Assembly (NCBI RefSeq): GCF_000315625.1
Contig: NW_005434662.1
Coordinates: 847,615 to 911,614, forward strand
Source of the DNA: Guillardia theta CCMP2712
Lineage: Eukaryota; Protista; Cryptophyta
Length of the DNA: 64,000 nucleotides
Direction of reading: 5' to 3'
Shown: positions 45,960-58,772 of the stretch, piece by piece
Layout of the letters: each line of letters begins with the position of its first letter
How positions within the stretch are numbered: position 1 is the stretch's first letter
The notes under the pieces: model-generated
What the model saw: the letters and a program-made list of their open reading frames with translations, nothing else
What the model was told of the DNA's origin: nothing
Database searches by the model: none
Position numbers and translations under genes: made by a program

Positions 45960-47383
45960 GTGCGAAGTTTTGAAGACACACCTGCATTCGCGATCAGACC
46001 TCTTTGCGCTCACCCAGATCAACAGGAAAGAGACGAAGTGAAGAAGCAGGATGAAGGAAGAAGCAGAGAGATATCTCGTGCCAAACAAATCACACGAGAG
46101 AAAGCGAAAGAATGCTGAGCGCTAAAAGCTGCTGCCTTGTTTGCCTGTACCACGCAAAGAGGGAGAAGTATTGCAAAAGAAGCTCGAAGTGGGAACGAGT
46201 GAAGCTTGTGCGATAGGAAGCAACGAGATGGTAATGGAGTTTTCCGTGACGTGCGGGAGTAGGTGCGAAAGAAGTGCAGGCAACAAGGAGTGCTCATTAG
46301 GATGTCAAGAAGGAATTCTTGGGGAGGGAGGGAAGGAGGAAGGAGGAGGAGGGGAGGTTGGGAGGGGGAGGGAAAGGTTGGAGGAAGGAAGGGGAGGTTA
46401 GGAGGACAAGGGAGGAGGAGGGAGGAGGGAGGGAAGGAGTGGAAGGAGGGGAAGTGGGTGGGGTGGAAGGGGAANNNNNNNNNNNNNNNNNNNNNNNNNN
46501 NNNNNNNNNNNNNNNNNNNNNNNNNNNNNNNNNNNNNNNNNNNNNNNNNNNNNNNNNNNNNNNNNNNNNNNNNNNNNNNNNNNNNNNNNNNNNNNNNNNN
46601 NNNNNNNNNNNNNNNNNNNNNNNNNNNNNNNNNNNNNNNNNNNNNNNNNNNNNNNNNNNNNNNNNNNNNNNNNNNNNNNNNNNNNNNNNNNNNNNNNNNN
46701 NNNNNNNNNNNNNNNNNNNNNNNNNNNNNNNNNNNNNNNNNNNNNNNNNNNNNNNNNNNNNNNNNNNNNNNNNNNNNNNNNNNNNNNNNNNNNNNNNNNN
46801 NNNNNNNNNNNNNNNNNNNNNNNNNNNNNNNNNNNNNNNNNNNNNNNNNNNNNNNNNNNNNNNNNNNNNNNNNNNNNNNNNNNNNNNNNNNNNNNNNNNN
46901 NNNNNNNNNNNNNNNNNNNNNNNNNNNNNNNNNNNNNNNNNNNNNNNNNNNNNNNNNNNNNNNNNNNNNNNNNNNNNNNNNNNNNNNNNNNNNNNNNNNN
47001 NNNNNNNNNNNNNNNNNNNNNNNNNNNNNNNNNNNNNNNNNNNNNNNNNNNNNNNNNNNNNNNNNNNNNNNNNNNNNNNNNNNNNNNNNNNNNNNNNNNN
47101 NNNNNNNNNNNNNNNNNNNNNNNNNNNNNNNNNNNNNNNNNNNNNNNNNNNNNNNNNNNNNNNNNNNNNNNNNNNNNNNNNNNNNNNNNNNNNNNNNNNN
47201 NNNNNNNNNNNNNNNNNNNNNNNNNNNNNNNNNNNNNNNNNNNNNNNNNNNNNNNNNNNNNNNNNNNNNNNNNNNNNNNNNNNNNNNNNNNNNNNNNNNN
47301 NNNNNNNNNNNNNNNNNNNNNNNNNNNNNNNNNNNNNNNNNNNNNNNNNNNNNNNNNNNNNNNNNNNNNNNNNNNNNNNNNNN

Positions 47384-47436
<53 letters not shown>

Positions 47437-47440
47437 GAGA

Positions 47441-47498
<58 letters not shown>

Positions 47499-47540
47499 GA
47501 GGAGAGCAGAAGCGAGGCGAGCAGAGCAGAGCAGAGCAGA
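47384..47540 (+). repeat. (AG)n / (AGAC)n / (GCAGA)n microsatellites next to an N gap
   Basis: Directly visible. Confidence 0.95.
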
Positions 47541-47638
47541 GGGATGGAAGGGTAGCAGAAATGCAGCTTGGGGGTACTTGAGCAGAAAGACTTTAAAAGG
47601 GGAAGGGGATGGTGGAATAAGCTGAGGAGATCTCGATC

Positions 47639-50600
47639 ATGACGTCGATCACGTCGAAGAAAGCATCACACAGTCACACGGTGTCGAGCCTCGTTTCTCT
47701 CTTGTTGCTGGCGTTCAACTTTGTTCATTCCCAAGCTCGAAAGGACAAGCGGAGAGCATGCATCGGGGTGCTGACAGTCCTCTTGGTGGTCACCTTCATC
47801 GGGTTTGTGTACAACGTGATCCTGAGGAGCCCTGTCATCTTCCTCAAGCTCGCTGAGACTCAGGTGGGGGAGACGGACATGGTTATCTTTCCGAGCCTCA
47901 ACCGACTGGATCCTCTCCTCAACCTGGACAAGCAGATGGAGCAGGTCGACGTGTACCCCTTCTTCAATGCCTCTCAAGTCCGCGACACGCTCTCTGACAT
48001 CCCGCAAGTCTTCGGCGTGTCTCCTCGTTGGATCGTCCGGGGATCGATCGCTAGCAGCAGGGAGCCGAGCAAGCGCGTGGTGACCTACATTCTCGTGTGC
48101 GACTTGGAAGAGGAGGAGAGGATGGGGGTGGGACGCGCATGGCCGTACAGGAGGCTCGGGGCCTTGGAGGCGCATGTGACTGCGTCTGTCCTCAAGTCTC
48201 TCAAAGTTCGTCCGAATCGCGGGGATCGCGTGCTGATCGACATGGGTATGCAGAAGCTTCTCAACTCCTTCGGGGTCAACGCAGACGCTCTCAAGCAGCT
48301 TCTCTTCCGCTCTGTGCTGGAGGACGGGGTCACAGTCAGGCTCAACGGGACGATGATCCGCCTGTACCTGGAGGAGCAGGGCTTCCTGGTCCCCCCCGGG
48401 CTCATCAGTGACACCATCGTGACGCGGCAGCCAGTCTCGTCCCTCGTCAACGTCGACCGACTGATCGAGGCGAGCATCGAGGGCGTCAAGCGAGGAGAGC
48501 TGATGAACCTCGACGTGTCTGTAGCCGACGCCATCGAGAACTCCTACGAGAAGTGGCCGCCCATCGGGAATATCGTGCTGCTGGAAGCCAAGTACTTCTT
48601 GCAGGCTGTGAAGGCCTCGATGAATCAAGTGCCGCTGGTGCAGATGCTCAACCTCGGAGTGCTGGTGAACCGAACTGGCAACGTAGAGGAGGCCCTCCTG
48701 CTCACAGAGACGCCCCTCACGGACGAGTGGCTCAACTTCAACCTCATGGATTACGCTTTCCTCGTGCTGGTCCAGTACCGTGACCGATACATCGCCTACC
48801 TCAAGAGCGAGGCCGGTCGACTGTCCGACATGGTCAAGTTCTCAAACGAGGTCGGAGAGAAGCTTGGGTTCACGTCCAACCTCTCCATCACCCTCCCCAT
48901 CGCCACGGCTCTGCAGCCTCTCATGTTTCTGCGCGTCTTCCTGCAGCAGATTTTCAACGCTGTCGTCGCTGTGCTGGTCGTCCATGGCTGCATCACCGTC
49001 TACTCGCTGCTGCTCACCGACGTCAACGCGCGCACCTACGAGTATGGCATGCTCAGGGTGATGGGCTTGACCAAGACCTCCCTCCTCACCCTCCTCCTAG
49101 TCCAGGCCCTCTACTATGCCGTGCCCGGCCTTCTCCTCGGCCTGCTCCTCTCTTGGGCTGCTTCTTTCCCCGCCATCGATGCCATCTCCAAGTACGCATT
49201 AGTGTCCTTGGACTACAACCTGGAGGCCATGGCGCTGACGTCGGCGATCGCCATCGGGATAGCGATGCCGCTGGCAGGAAACATCTTCCCGATCAAGCGA
49301 GCTCTCTCCCGCACCCTCGCCGAGAGCTTGGACGTCTACCACAAGACCCACGCGGAAACCATCGTGCATTTCCAGCGGCTAGCAGACCTGGGCCTCTCTC
49401 CCTCCCAGGTGCTTCTCCCTTTCCGCTTCACGCCTGACAATGCTGCAGACGTTCGGAGCCGTGGGGATGGTGGTGACGGGGGTCCTGATCTATTATGTCA
49501 TCCCGCTCTCCTTCCTCCTGCAGAACTTCAGCCTCCTCCTGTCCTCGCTCAACTTCATCCTCCTCGGAACTGTTGCCGGATTGATCCTCCTCTCCGTGCT
49601 TCTCCAGCCCACGGGCGAGTGGCTCGTGGCGCAGTTGATCATGCAGGGGGAGGACAGGAGGTTCTTGGACATCGTGCTCAAGAATCTGACGTCGCATCGG
49701 CAGCGGAGCATGAAGACGTCGCTCATCTTCTGCTCGACCCTCGCGTTCATCGTCTTTGCGGGCTCCATGTTCTCGCTGCAAGCTCACTCCATCATCGGCA
49801 ACATCAAGGTCCTCGGCCCCTCCGCTCCTGGCGCCTGACGAGCGGCAGGTGGCGTTAGGGAGCGACATCAGGATAGAGAGCAGTCAAGGGCCCCTTAAGG
49901 AGTCGAACCTCTCCTCCTTCCTCCTCCGCGAGCGCCTCCGCCCTGACAGCTGCGTCCTTGACTTCGCCTGGGCCTCTTGGCCCTTGTGGAACGTGGATCC
50001 TCCAGTCTCTCGCGTGATCATGGGAAACATGGTACCCCTCCTCGTCTCTCGCTCCTCGTCTCTCGTTGTTCGTCTGACGCGGTCCGGCAGGTTGGGTTTC
50101 CCCAGGGCTTCAACGCTGAGACTGTCGCCATCTCCGACAACTATCTCGACGTGACCTACAGCGAGTTCTTCGTCCCTCTCAGCGCCGACGGCTGCTCTCG
50201 CCAAGACTGCAGCAGAGGCCTGGACTTCACCGTCAACCCGAACCGCAATGAGGACCAGCTTGAGGTGTCTCTCCCTCCCTCTTGTGTCCTCGTCCTCCGC
50301 TCACTCTCGGGCTCAGGTCAATGTTCTCAGTGGAGCTCAGCACGCGTGCGAGAGGGTCCCTTCCTCTTGCAGGCCGCTGGAGTCGAGCAGGGCGAGGACG
50401 AGGCCTCGAGTAGCGGCACTGAGGCTGAGGAGAGGAGAGTGACGAGGCTGCGCAGGTTCGAGGGATCCTGCCGGCGAGCCTGGCGACGTCGATAGGAGCA
50501 GAAGTGAAGAGCCTCCTGGTGCTCGTGCTCATCGCACAGAACGAGCGCGAGTACTCCCCCTCGCGCTTCCGCAGGAACATCTTCATCGAACTGGAGCCTA

Positions 50601-52598
50601 AGGTCCTCGCCAAGAAGTTTCCTGGTGATGCTCCACCTCTGCTGCTTTTTGGCCTTCAAACGCAGAGATCTCCCCCCCTCTCTCTCTCCTTCCCCCCCCT
50701 CTCTCCTTCTCTCCCGCTCTCCTTCTAAGCCTACTCCCCCCCCCTCTCTCCTTCTCTCCCGCTCTAAGCCTACTCCCCCTCTTCTCCTCTCCTGCTGTCC
50801 TCTGGCTCTCAAGATTCGATCTCAGGTTTCTTCTTCTCCTCCTATGAGGCTGCCACCTCTGTCTCCGACCCTCCGGTACGCCTGAGCCTCTAAACCAGAA
50901 ACCTCAAGTCCTCTCCCTCCCACTTGTCCTGCCTTGCTCTCTTGCTGTCTTCCTTACTACCACTGCAGCTCTTGGTGAACGAAGACACGTGGCAGAAGCT
51001 CTTCGACCTTGCGGTGGAAGCAAGCAACTTGAACGCTACGGTGATTTCCTTGCCTCCTCGTCCTTGTCCGGTTCGCTGTCCTTGTTTTCATTTCTCTTCC
51101 CCACTTGAGTTCATCTCTGCTCCTCTTCTTCGCGTGGCTGCGCGTCGCTTCCTCTTCCTTCCTCGTCCTCATGCTCTTGTAGAGACTTGGGCTTCCGAAG
51201 AGACCGCCCAAGCGAACTCTCCACATCCGCCTCAAGGAGACGGCAGACGAGCAGGAGCGAGTGGATCTGATCAACAGCCGTGAGGAGGGAGAGGCAGAGG
51301 GAAGAGAAGTGACACCCCTGCGACTAGTTCGCCCCTACCTGGAGGAAAGCACGAGCATCAGCGACACCCTACAGCTTGTGGAAGTCACGTCGGGGACGGT
51401 GAGTGAGTGAGTGAGTGAGTGAGTGAGTGAGTGAGTGAGTGAGTGAGTGAGTGAGTGAGTGAGTGAGTGAGGGAGGGAGTGAGTGAGTGAGTGAGTGAGT
51501 GAGTGAGTGAGTGAGTGAGTGAGTGAGTGAGTGAGTGAGTGAGTGAGTGAGTGAGTGAGTGAGTGAGTGAGTGAGTGAGGGAGGGAGGGAGGGAGGGAGT
51601 GAGTGAGTGAGTGAGTGAGGGAGTGAGTGAGTGAGTGAGTGAGTGAGTGAGTGAGTGAGTGAGTGAGTGAGTGAGTGAGTGAGTGAGGAGTGAGTGAGTG
51701 AGGGAGGGAGGGAGGGAGGGAGGTTGTTTTGGTTTTGAGTGCAGGGCAGGTCAACATGATGATGCTATTCTTCTACTTGATCGCTTTCATCGCTTCCGTC
51801 CTCTGCTTCTTCATGCTCTTCATCACCTTTGAGGTTCAGCCACGATCGGGAGGAGGAGGACCCGAAAGTGACAGGAGAACAGGCGAATGTGCGAGAGAAC
51901 CTGTGGGAGTTCGGAGTCCTCAGAGCTCTTGGCATCAGTGCTAACGAGGTCCCCTTGTTTGCTTCCTCCTCGTCCCCTCTGCTTCCTCGACCCCCCTTCG
52001 CGCGCTTTCTCCCTCTAACTAAGACTTGCTCTCCTCCTCCATGCTCTCACTGCCTCCTCACCTTCTCTTCCTCTTCCTCACATTTCTCGTCAGCTTGCTC
52101 GCATCTTCGTCTACGAATCCTTGAGTATGATCATCTCAGCCATCGCCATGGGCTCCACCATCGGCCTCGTTGTCTCCTCGACCCTCACCTTGCAGCAGGT
52201 GACCCTCTGCTCTCGTCATAATCTGCTTGTCGCTGATAGTCGTCGACAGAATCTCTTCACGGAGATGCCTTTCCTCTTGATCTTCCCCTACTGGCTCTTC
52301 ATCTCCGTCATCGGTACTCGACCTGCTCTCCTCCTCTCGCTCACTCGCCGCCAGTCCTCTCCCTCCTCGTCGCGGCTTTCGGGGCTCTACTGCCGGTAAG
52401 AGCAGGAGGAGGCGAGAGGGATGACGAGGGAGAAGAGGAGCAGGAGGGGAGGGGAGGTCAGAGAGTAGGGATGAGGGACGGGAGGATGAGGGACGGGAGG
52501 ATGAGGGACGGGAGGATGAGGAACGGAAGGAGCTAATGAGGAAGCAGGTCAGGAAGATGCTTCGATGCTCGATCTCGGAGGTTCTCAAGAAGACATGA
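47639..52598 (+). CDS. FtsX-like (DUF214) permease family protein with two repeats, multi-exon
   Basis: DVNARTYEYGMLRVMGLTK and NVRENLWEFGVLRALGIS, with multiple TM segments. The true start may lie upstream of the gap. Confidence 0.88.
51399..51722 (+). repeat. (GAGT)n/(GAGG)n intronic microsatellite
   Basis: Begins exactly at a GTGAGT splice donor. Confidence 0.95.
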
Positions 52599-52650
52599 GG
52601 AAGCGGAAGGCAGGTGCTGGACGGGAGCTGGACGGGAGCTGGACTAAGAT

Positions 52651-55600
52651 CTACATTAGATACCACAGACATGTCATCATCATCATCATCATCACAAGCC
52701 TCATCCTCCCCGACTCCTTCCCCTCCAGTCGCCAAGTCCCTGACATCACAGTCGACACGTTCATATTCTGCCTGCCTGTCAGTAGCAGTCCCTCTCTGTC
52801 CCTCTCTCCCTCTTGCCTGATGCAGGAATGTCGCGCTCGCTGGCTCGGAAGTAAAGATGGGATCTGCCGGCCTCCTAGCGCCGGACTGAAGCTCCACGAT
52901 CTGCGAGAGGGTAAGAAGAGAAGAGAAGAGAAGAGAAGAGAAGAGTAGAGGAGAGGGGAGGAGAGGGGAGGGGAGGGGAGGGGAGGGAAGAGAAGAGAGG
53001 AAGCAGTTGTGGTAGTGATGGTGGAGGAGGAGGAGGAGAGAAAGTAGTTCTTACGATGGCAACGAACTCTCCTTCCTCGATCTTTTTGTTCTGGTTCGTG
53101 TCCGCCTCGTCGAACATCGACTGCTGCTGCGTGTCTGTCGTCTGCATGATCGAGTCGTTAGAGTTCCTTCTCCACCCCTCTATCCTCCTGCTCCTCCTGC
53201 TGTTCCTTCTCCACCCCTCCATCCTCCTGCTCCTCCTGCTGTTCCTTCTCCACCCCTCCATCCTCCTGCTCCGTTCCTCCTCCCATCTCCTTCTCATCCT
53301 CCTCTCGTTTCCTGCTCCTCTTCGATTACCGTAGGGAACAGGATCTTGAGGTCTCGCAGAAGCACGTAATTCACTCCGAACACGTCGAACTGCTTCCACC
53401 CGGCAGCATTTCCATTCGCTACCAACTGCCGCAAGTCAGAAGGTTGGGAGGAGGCGGGGCGGTGAGGAGGGGAGGAAGAGGCGGGGCGGGGCGGTGAGGA
53501 GGACGTTGAGCGGCACCTGCAGCATCTTCTGCTTGATCGGGCTCTGCATCCACTCGTAGTACTTGGGTCGGAGCAAGCCAGCCACCACGAGCGAGTAGGC
53601 CTGCAACAAGATCAGCTGAGCTACAGCTTGGGGGAGGGGGGGGGGGGGAGCTGACCTGCTTGAGCTGCCCCTGGTACTGGTGGAGGGAGTAGGCGACGAC
53701 GACGATGGTGATGGAGGACTCCGGATGCTGCTTGAGCTCGATCTTCTCCACGGTGGAGGTGAAGTCCTTGACCCCCTGCCTGAGCGCGTCGTTGCCGTAG
53801 TTGAGCTCGAAAACGAGGGTGGGCGAAAAGGTCCCGGTCGACGTGTTGAACTCCATCACCTGCGCCGTCCGCTGCACCACCAGGTCAAGATCGTTCACGA
53901 GAGGAGCCGAGGAGCCGAGGGTGCTTGGAGGGTCCGTGTAGGCCAGCGTGATGCGGAGAGGCTGCTCGCCGTTCATGGCGAGCAGTCTGAAGGTGTAGGT
54001 GTGCATGTAGCCCTGCTGATCAATCTCGTTCTCCTTCAGCCAGTAGCTCCATGCTGAGTCCCCGAACCACAGCGAGTCCACCAGCCTCGGCCTGCTGGCC
54101 AGTCACCCTCCCGTCTCCTCCTCCTCCTCCTCCTCCTCCTCCTCCTCCGCTTCTCCTCTCCTCACCTTCCGTACCCCTCGTACGCGTTCGGGGATGACGA
54201 GAGCGACACGCGAACCTTCTGAGGAGGAGGCTGCACCCACACGGGGCAGGTCTCGGGGTCAGCGCAGGCTGGTGGCTCCTGGTACTTGTCGACGATCACG
54301 CCGCCTCCGATGGAAGAAGCTCCGTTGACCACCATCGCCTTGAGAAGCGACGCCGATGGTCTCGTCCAGGACGCGCTGGGGCTGCGGAAGCCGGAGGGGT
54401 AGTACCCATCTGCAAGGTACTGCCGGAAGAGAAGGACGGCGCCTTGAGGGGAGAGGTCAGAGGAAGAGGAAGGGAGGGAGGCTAGAGGAAGAGGAAGGGA
54501 GAGAGCGGCTGACCTGCGATGAAGCCGGCTGAGATCGAAGTGCCGCTCGCAGAGATGACGGCAGCCATCTCGTCGTAATTGTCTGCTGCCGTCACTGAGC
54601 ACCCGTAGGCGGCTGTCGAGATGCTCGACCGTCTTTTGCACTGGACGCCATTCGGCGTGTCTGTGTTGCTCTGCGTGTTCCCGTCGGAGTTGGCGGTGAT
54701 CACCAGGTCTCCTGGCCCCACTACGTCTGGTTTGAACCTCCCGGCCCCGGGCCCTTCCGTCTTCCCCAGCCCTCCCCTCCCTGACCACTCCGGCACCTCG
54801 TTGGACTCGAAGGGCGTGCAGGTCGCCGCCGTGTCAGCGAACTTGCACTGCGAGCAGAAGTCGGAAACCTGCGAGAGGATCAGCACAAGCAAGGCAGGAA
54901 GCACAAGGAGCTCAAGCTCCTGCTGCGCTACCTGGGAGGCTCGGGTGTAGTTGACGCTACAGCAGGCAGCTTGAGCCTCGCAGCAGGTGGTGAGCGTGCA
55001 GGGGTACTCGGCCTTCCTTATCGTGATCTTTCCCGTCACGATCACCTTGTACAGCGCGAGGTTCCTGATGGCGATGCCGTAGCCCGAGTCGGCTTTTTTG
55101 AGGTTGGAGGTGTGTCGAACTACCCGAGAGAGCTTGTACCCCGTCTCATTGCATGGCTGGTTCAGGCAGAAGTGCATCAGAAACTCGTCATTGCAGCAGT
55201 TGATGGGCCCGTCTGCGTCTGAAGGGCAACCCTCGTACCAGAGCTGATCTCCAGGCTTCGGGTCTCGCTTGCACTGCACAGCAATCAGCTCGCCCTCTTT
55301 CCCACTTGTCTTACCTCCGCCAGGTGGCACGTGACGTCATCAAGCTCTGTGCTGCCTCCGTAGCTGACGGAGGAGCATCCGGGCTGAAAGAGATACTGGC
55401 TGATCTCCTGGCTGGCTGGTCGAGACAGACAGACTTCTGCCTTGGCAGACTGCTTCTGCTGCGACGTCATGCACGGGTTGGGACGCAGGCCGGTGGTGAC
55501 GCCGCTCTCAAAGTACTCGAAGAAGTCCAGGCGAGAAAACAGCATCACTTGCACTCTAGTCGTCTCCAGCCCCGCGTTGGGGGTGGCGAAGGGAGCTGGC

Positions 55601-58090
55601 GTCGCTTCGATCTCGTACTGTATGCTCGACCCTTGCGACGCCCACTGGAAATTGTCCTTGACGTACTGCTGGATGTTGGCGTCGAAGATGCTCATGTTGG
55701 GGATATGGAGGGTGAACATCTCGTTGGCGGGGATCTCAACGCTGTTTAGCGTGTACTCCACCTGGACGGTGTCGTTGCAGCACGGGGGGATGGACTGCAT
55801 GAGGGTCTGGTAGTTGGCAGAGGTCACGTACACGCCCTTGATGAAGTCTGACTTGCTGCACTCTCGCGGGTACGTGCATGGGCAGATGTCAGCGATGGGG
55901 TCGCGGTAGGTTGCGGCTACTCGGTACTCCTCGTTGAAGTTGTAGTTCGCCCCCACGCTGATGCAGTTCTTGCACGTAGCAGGCGATGCCACCGTGTCGT
56001 ACGTCCAGAGAGCTCCTCCGTCCCCCACTGCAGTGACGACGAGGAAGTCCGGATGATCCCACATGAACTTGTCCACGTCCATGGCCTGAGCGTTGTAAAC
56101 CGCACAGTAGCTGTGGTTCTGCCCTTGCGGCACCTTGCAGCCCCACGAGTCCAGGTGAACGCGCACGCCTGCGTCATAGGCGGGCTGGAGCAAGTTACTG
56201 TAGATGTCCAGAGGAACAGTCACGTCGTTGACCTTGATACAAGTCTCAGACGCGAAGTTGCAGTTGGGGTCAGCGTTCTGCATGAGGTCGCTGAAGTATA
56301 TCTTAGCCGCAGGAGCGATGCCGTTGAACTCTGACGCCTCTGCGACTTCATTTGCGTGTGACGTTGGAGCGAACGCCATGCCTGCGACGGTGCCCGTGAC
56401 ATGCGTACCATGACTGAGCAAGCATGCGTCATGCCTCACACACCCTCCCTGCCTGTGTCCCTCCTCCTTCTCCCTCTCTCTGTCGCTCACCCGCTCTGTC
56501 GTCTCCCTGGTCCCCGCAGGGTTTCTGTGGAGTCTTCATCTGCAGGTATCCTCGTAGGAGCAGGTTGATCCCCTGACCATTGGCGACTCCTCGGTTGACG
56601 ATGATGACCACGTACCCGCCAACCGACGGAGGAAGTAGGAGTCCTCCAGCTGGAGATGTTGGGTTTCTACTGATCAGGTCGCACTGGTTCAGGCACTTAG
56701 TGTAGTCCGGGTTTGCCGTCGAGAAGCTCGGGCCGTCTTTCCTCTTCAACACGAACACTTGTAGTTGACCTTGGGCGTCCAGCGCCCCCGAGCCAGGAGC
56801 TGAGTACTCTGAGGGGTAGTTGCTAGTGACGCCGATCACGTTGTACTCGATCGAAGCTCCGATCGCATCGTACAGTCTAGGAGCAAAACGTGACTGAGAT
56901 TCCACCGCAGGAAAGTTGGTGACTCTGCTGCTTCCCGAGGGCAGCAGTCCTCCGGGAGCTACGAAGTCAACCCTGTCCAAGGAGATGTCTTTGGGGCACA
57001 TGTCGCAGACAGCGCAGTCTTGGATGTAGTTGTAGCTCACTATCTTTCGTCGAGACATGTCGATACTGTTAAAGGGAGGTTGCTTCCCAGCTTCAGGATT
57101 CAGCTTCGAGTTGTCTTGATCCCAGTAGAAGCAGTTGTCCCAGTCGATCCCCGTGTCCGCAATGCCAATCACTTGTCCGCTTCCATTCAAACCTCTTTGA
57201 TACAAGGAGTTGTCTCGACTTCCTGTTCGTGTACCATCATAGAGCATCTGAATGCCGGCTGAGTTGTGCGGGAAGTACCGCAACTTGGGTTCAACAAAAA
57301 GCACCTCAGCCCTTAACTGCAGAGTTTGCAGCACCGCCTCTAAGTTCTCATGGCTTCCAACTCGAACTCTCAGGCGATCTTGTGACGCCTGGACGATGTC
57401 GACTGACAGCATAGCCAGGATGAAGCTCTCATCAAGGCTGCCTATGATTTCATCTTCCCCCACAAGGATATCACGAGCTCCCCGACGCATGCGCAGGGAA
57501 GACCTCACATCTCTAGATATGAGATGTACAATCAGAGACACTTCAGAGTTGGCTCCTTCAATTGGATCATCAAAGTTGGCTCCTTCGCTTGGATCATCAG
57601 GGTAGAAAGAATTTTGTATTCTTACTGTCTCCGCGCTCCCAAGGTACTGGGACAGCATATGAGCTTTGTCTCTTTTTCCGACCCACAAAACTCCTGTCAA
57701 ACTTACAAGGCGCCTAGCCACAGCTTCGCTCGCAAGTATGATATACGCCATGTTAGGCACGTAATGTACAAGCTTCGATTGCAATACTTCTTCTACTAAA
57801 GTCACATTTGCATCTTCACTTAGTTGTATGTACCATTGTTCAATAGAATCTCGTTTCCACAATCTTCTCAGATGACTCAGCAAGATTGATTGGTCGCGCA
57901 ATGAAGGAGCGTTTCTGGTATTGATGGCTTCCCCATTCACGAAGATCTTTCTGGAATCAGCGAGGTCTTGATGGGTTATGGTGTTTGCTGGCACAACTGT
58001 TGACACGAGGCAGCAAAGAACAAGGAGAGGAGCGAGAGAAGACAAGAGCTGACAGGGAGGCATCCTCTCGGCCGGTCCCCTCCTCATCAT
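52651..58090 (-). CDS. Large secreted subtilisin-like (S8, KP-43/TagC-type) protease with Cys-rich inserts, C-terminal EF-hand and hydrophobic tail
   Basis: Catalytic IADTGID, HGTHVTG and SGTSIS; KNCISVGA, GRFKPDVVGPG, LLKAMVVNGA, EGYGR and LVNDLDL; EF-hand DTNQNKKIEEGE; signal peptide. Confidence 0.92.
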
Positions 58091-58431
58091 CTCATCCTCT
58101 CCTCCTCTTCTCTCCTCCTCCTCATCTCATGTCGTATCACCCCAAGAGCCATTGTAACTTGACCGTACTTGACTTGCAATCTTTCTCTCTTCTACCCCAC
58201 CCCACCCTTTGTTCCTCATGTTACGCTATACTACCCCGCCCCTTAGCCTATTATACCCTACCCTTAGATACACTACCCCACCCCCACAAGTTGGCTTTTA
58301 TCGTCTAGAGCCGGCGGGCCGCTCGCAGCCCCGCCGAGTCGAAGGTCAGTGAATCCAGCAGGCAGGATGGTGTAACGGTAAACGTAACCGTATTATATCC
58401 GTTACATATGGTTTCACCAGAAGCTGCAGCC

Positions 58432-58772
58432 ATGCCGGAGAAGGCAGGCAAGGAGGGAGGAGGCGGCGGAGGCGGCGGTAAAGCAGCAGGAGGAGATAAG
58501 ACATCGCAGAGCTTCAACAAAGCTGTTGGCGGAAAGCTGAAACTGAAGGGAGTCGAATTTAAAGGGTGAGTTTGACATATACTTGTATCCCTAAAACTTT
58601 ATCCGGTTTGATTTCACTAGAATCGTGTCATTGGTTTTATGAACTCCTCTGTTTTAAGCTTCTGTGGTGAATGTTCTTTTCTTTTATGAAGCTATTTCAT
58701 GATTGGTTTCAATTTGAGCTAATATCATGTTTTTTTTATGTTCAGCAAGAAGATCAAGAAGAGCAAAGATGG
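58432..58772 (+). CDS. 5' exons of a basic protein with a FAM32A-like N-terminal motif
   Basis: MPEK..AVGGKLKLKGVEFK, then a GTGAG donor and a KKIKKSK exon. Downstream exons not resolved. Confidence 0.4.
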
